This document shows, piece by piece, positions 33,736 through 36,587 of a DNA stretch of 36,587 nt (within the stretch, counting starts at the first letter, position 1; the number at the start of each line of letters is the position of its first letter). This DNA is from Hydrolagus affinis. Its lineage: Eukaryota. Both the position numbers and the translations under genes were made by a program. Location: contig JAAILG010005579.1 in NCBI GenBank assembly GCA_012026655.1, positions 1 through 36,587 on the forward strand, written 5' to 3'. Below the pieces are notes generated by a model, which saw only the letters and a program-made list of their open reading frames with translations, searched no databases and had not been told where the DNA came from.

Positions 33736-34499
33736 GAGCTTGGAGCGGTAGAGGACATGGGTCGCAGAGTTCTGGATTATCTGCAACCTATGGAGGGAGG
33801 AATTGGGAAGACTGACAAGCAGTGCATTGGCGTAGTCGAGCCGGGATGTGATGAAGGCATGAATGCATACCTGCCAACTCTACATGTTAGACCTAATTTA
33901 TGGTGAAAATTTCAGTCTATGCTACGGGGAAAGAGATCGATGGTCTTTTTTGGTACGGTGAGAGCAAGGCTGAACCTTGACTCGAAGGAAAACACAAAAT
34001 GTATGCCTTTCTTCAAATCGTGGTTCTGGGGCCTAATAATGCACTTATTCAAGCTGCACATTAAAGGTCCTGAGCTATTAAATTTTAGTCGGCCCTCCCA
34101 AGAATTTTTTTTGTATGAATTTTCACATTGCCTATTTAAAATTTACATTGTAAATAAAACTATGAAATTAAGTAATGCATTGATACAATTCAACACATAC
34201 GATCTTTACATGATTCTTTTGGGTTATATCTGGAAGTGAAACACAAAAATCTTGCTATGTAGCCAGGGGCCATTTCTCAAATTGGCATCCAGCCCTCAGC
34301 TGCCAAAAGGTTGGACCATCCTGATCTAGATGTTGGGCATTCAGCCATGTAAAGTATCAATGCCAGATTGCATCCTGGATTTGTTTGAATTTTGGGCTGA
34401 GTGTGGAGTTTTTCCCAAAGACAGGCCTAAAAACCTGTATCAAGCAATCGGGAGGGAACCCATGGGAGTCTCATCCGACTCTCCAAAAGCCAAATTCCA

Positions 34500-34580
34500 A
34501 CAAAGCATATTCTGTGAAGCACTTTGAGACGTCTCAAAGACATAAGGCACTAAATTAAATACAATGATTATTATTATTAC
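34500..34580 (+). mobile_element. SINE tail fragment
   Basis: ATATTCTGTGAAGCACTTTGAGACGTC...ATTATTATTAT. Confidence 0.65.
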
Positions 34581-34748
34581 TAAGTTGCTGCAAAAACAGT
34601 CTGGATCCTCCATGGAAGCAAAGCATCAAATTCATCATTAATAACACCATTGAACAATTTGCAATTAAAATTGACTTTATATCTCAATGCTATCAATCCT
34701 TTAATTCTTCCTCCAACATTTGCATAAGGAATTTGTCAGTTTACTTAC

Positions 34749-34869
34749 TATTTTCAATCTCTGCCTCTTGTGGCAACACCTTGAAATCGAGGAACCAGGT
34801 CTCTATCCAGGCTAGTATGAAGGATATGATTGGCAGCAAATAGGCAAAGGCATTACCTTGGTTTAGAAG
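34749..34869 (-). CDS. STARD3NL: STARD3NL exon LLNQGNAFAYLLPIISFILAWIETWFLDFKVLPQEAEIEN
   Basis: AG/GT boundaries, 121 bp, phase 0-1; MENTAL-domain signature LAWIETWFLDFKVLPQEAE. Confidence 0.95.
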
Positions 34870-34972
34870 CTGGATCAAAATAGGATTGATTAGGCAATCT
34901 AATAGCTTTAAGAAAGCAAATTACATAAATTGGTATTTTCACACAGAATTTAGTTATAGAAGCAATACATAC

Positions 34973-35026
34973 CTTTGAAAAAATTACTTTTGCAATTAGA
35001 AAGCCACTGGTCACAGCGGTTGTGAT
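34973..35026 (-). CDS. STARD3NL: STARD3NL (MENTHO) internal exon ITTAVTSGFLIAKVIFSK
   Basis: AG/GT boundaries, 54 bp, phase 0-0; matches human LTTAVTSAFLLAKVILSK as recalled. Confidence 0.92.
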
Positions 35027-36201
35027 CTAAAAATGGAAAAACTAAATGTAATTTATTGCTGTGCAAGATTATCATGCAGGTTAGTGGTTAGAAAGAGATT
35101 GGAAAGAACTAGCTACACCCCGCGTAACATAGTGTTTTTGAACACGTTTATTCATATATTTTGAAATCTTTTTAAAAAATAATGTTGTGTTGTTACAAAA
35201 AAAGGGTGAGCTTTAATCACTGGGCTGTTTTTCTTTGTTTTTTTTTAAGGTGTATTGGTTTTCGTTTTCCTTCTAGAAGTTCATTGTTACAATTGAGGAA
35301 ACAATCCGAAGGCTTTTATATATATATATATGTATATATAATATAATATATTATTTTATATATATATATATAGATAGAAATAGAAGATAGATTTGACACA
35401 GTGCCATCCACGTCAGGAGGACACAATTGCATAAACATACCTAAGGCGCATATATATATATATATATATAATATATATAGTAGATAATTTGGTGCTTCAT
35501 TTCGACACAGTTTGAAAGGATTGGATCAGGACCACATTGACTCATCAAAGCACTTTATTCCAGGATTGTGAAAGCCTGTGGGACATTGTTAGGCTACTAG
35601 ATAACTGAAGTTCAATGTTCAAATATCAGAAGTAGTACTAAGAATAGAGAATGATAAATACATCACTTTTCAAACAGATTTGAAATGGTATTGAGAGACC
35701 TCAGGGTGTGCACACATATGTTATTGAAGGGGGTAATACAAGTAGATAAACTCTAAAAAGGCAAATACATCTTAACCTATGGAATCTTAAGGCTACATCT
35801 TAAGACACGGAATAGAAAAACCAGGAGGTTTGAATTAAATCTTACTCAGCCACATTTATGAATAGTTTTAGATACCCTATTATATCTCTGCGCAGTAATA
35901 ACAACTTGCATTTATATAACGTCTCATGCAGTGTAGCGTCCCAGAGCGCTTGATAAGATAGATGAAGAAACAGGAGCTTTGACCTATATACAAAGTGTGA
36001 GCTTTTGTATTTCCTATTGTTAAGATTTTTTTTGCTGAATTTAGCTTTGTAAATTGGTTATTTCTCAGTTCCCTATCCCCAACTCATATTGATAGAATTC
36101 CTTCGGTGGAATTTAATTTGATAAAGAAAGTCAAGTTCTCTACTTTTGTGCCATCAACAAACCCATTTTATAATATGCTACAATACGAAATTATTTGGAT
36201 A

Positions 36202-36430
36202 CAGGTATCCTTCCCCAACCGCGGGGGATACGTTCCTGTAAACCTTCGCGGTTGGAAAAATCGTGGTTGGAAAATGCAGGGCCCTATGGGAAACACGGGG
36301 ATACGGGGAGTAAGTTTGTGTTTAGTAAAACTAAACAAAAAAAACACATACAGTTATAACATACATGGGGATAGGGGGAGTAAGTTTGGGCACATTAGCT
36401 GCCAGGATCTGCAGCAATCCGCGAGTGTCT
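36202..36430 (+). mobile_element. Tigger-like DNA transposon left-end fragment
   Basis: TA|CAGGTATCC...CCGCGGGGGATACGTTCC terminal pattern; family recognised from memory only. Confidence 0.45.
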
Positions 36431-36587
36431 GACTGACTCACACAGAGAGAGAGACACGGAGGTTGGCAGGGCTGATGGGGTTGTCTGACTGATCTACAGA
36501 GAGAGAGAGAGACGGAGGGTGGTTAGGGGGGTGTGACATGGAGGGCTGGGGGTGCTGTCTGATTGATCTGCAGAGAGAGAGAGACAC
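36425..36587 (+). repeat. Minisatellite of roughly 55-70 bp units with (GA)n runs
   Basis: Repeated GTCTGA(C/T)TGA...CAGAGAGAGAGAGAC units; runs off the window end. Confidence 0.7.

Overview
Vertebrate genomic DNA, most likely from a cartilaginous fish (inferred from the SINE/LINE landscape; possibly a chimaera). The window holds the 3' half of a T-cell receptor gamma (TRG) locus on the + strand. This comprises 11 J segments between 1.8 and 5.8 kb, each with an upstream 12-spacer-type RSS: 9 canonical, 1 with a duplicated heptamer and 1 pseudogene. A single three-exon constant gene follows (6643-9494: Ig C1 domain, Cys-containing connecting peptide, TM/cytoplasmic exon). The last four coding exons of STARD3NL lie on the - strand (35026 down to 23549), tail-to-tail with TRGC as in human. 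The rest is intron/intergenic DNA with about 20 copies or fragments of one tRNA-derived SINE, L2 and CR1 LINE fragments, two nested hAT-type MITEs spanning a 100-N gap, Tigger/pogo-like MITEs and a Penelope-like fold-back containing a decayed hammerhead-ribozyme core. No V or D segment was seen. All exon calls come from manual splice-site, phase and motif reading; no database search was run.
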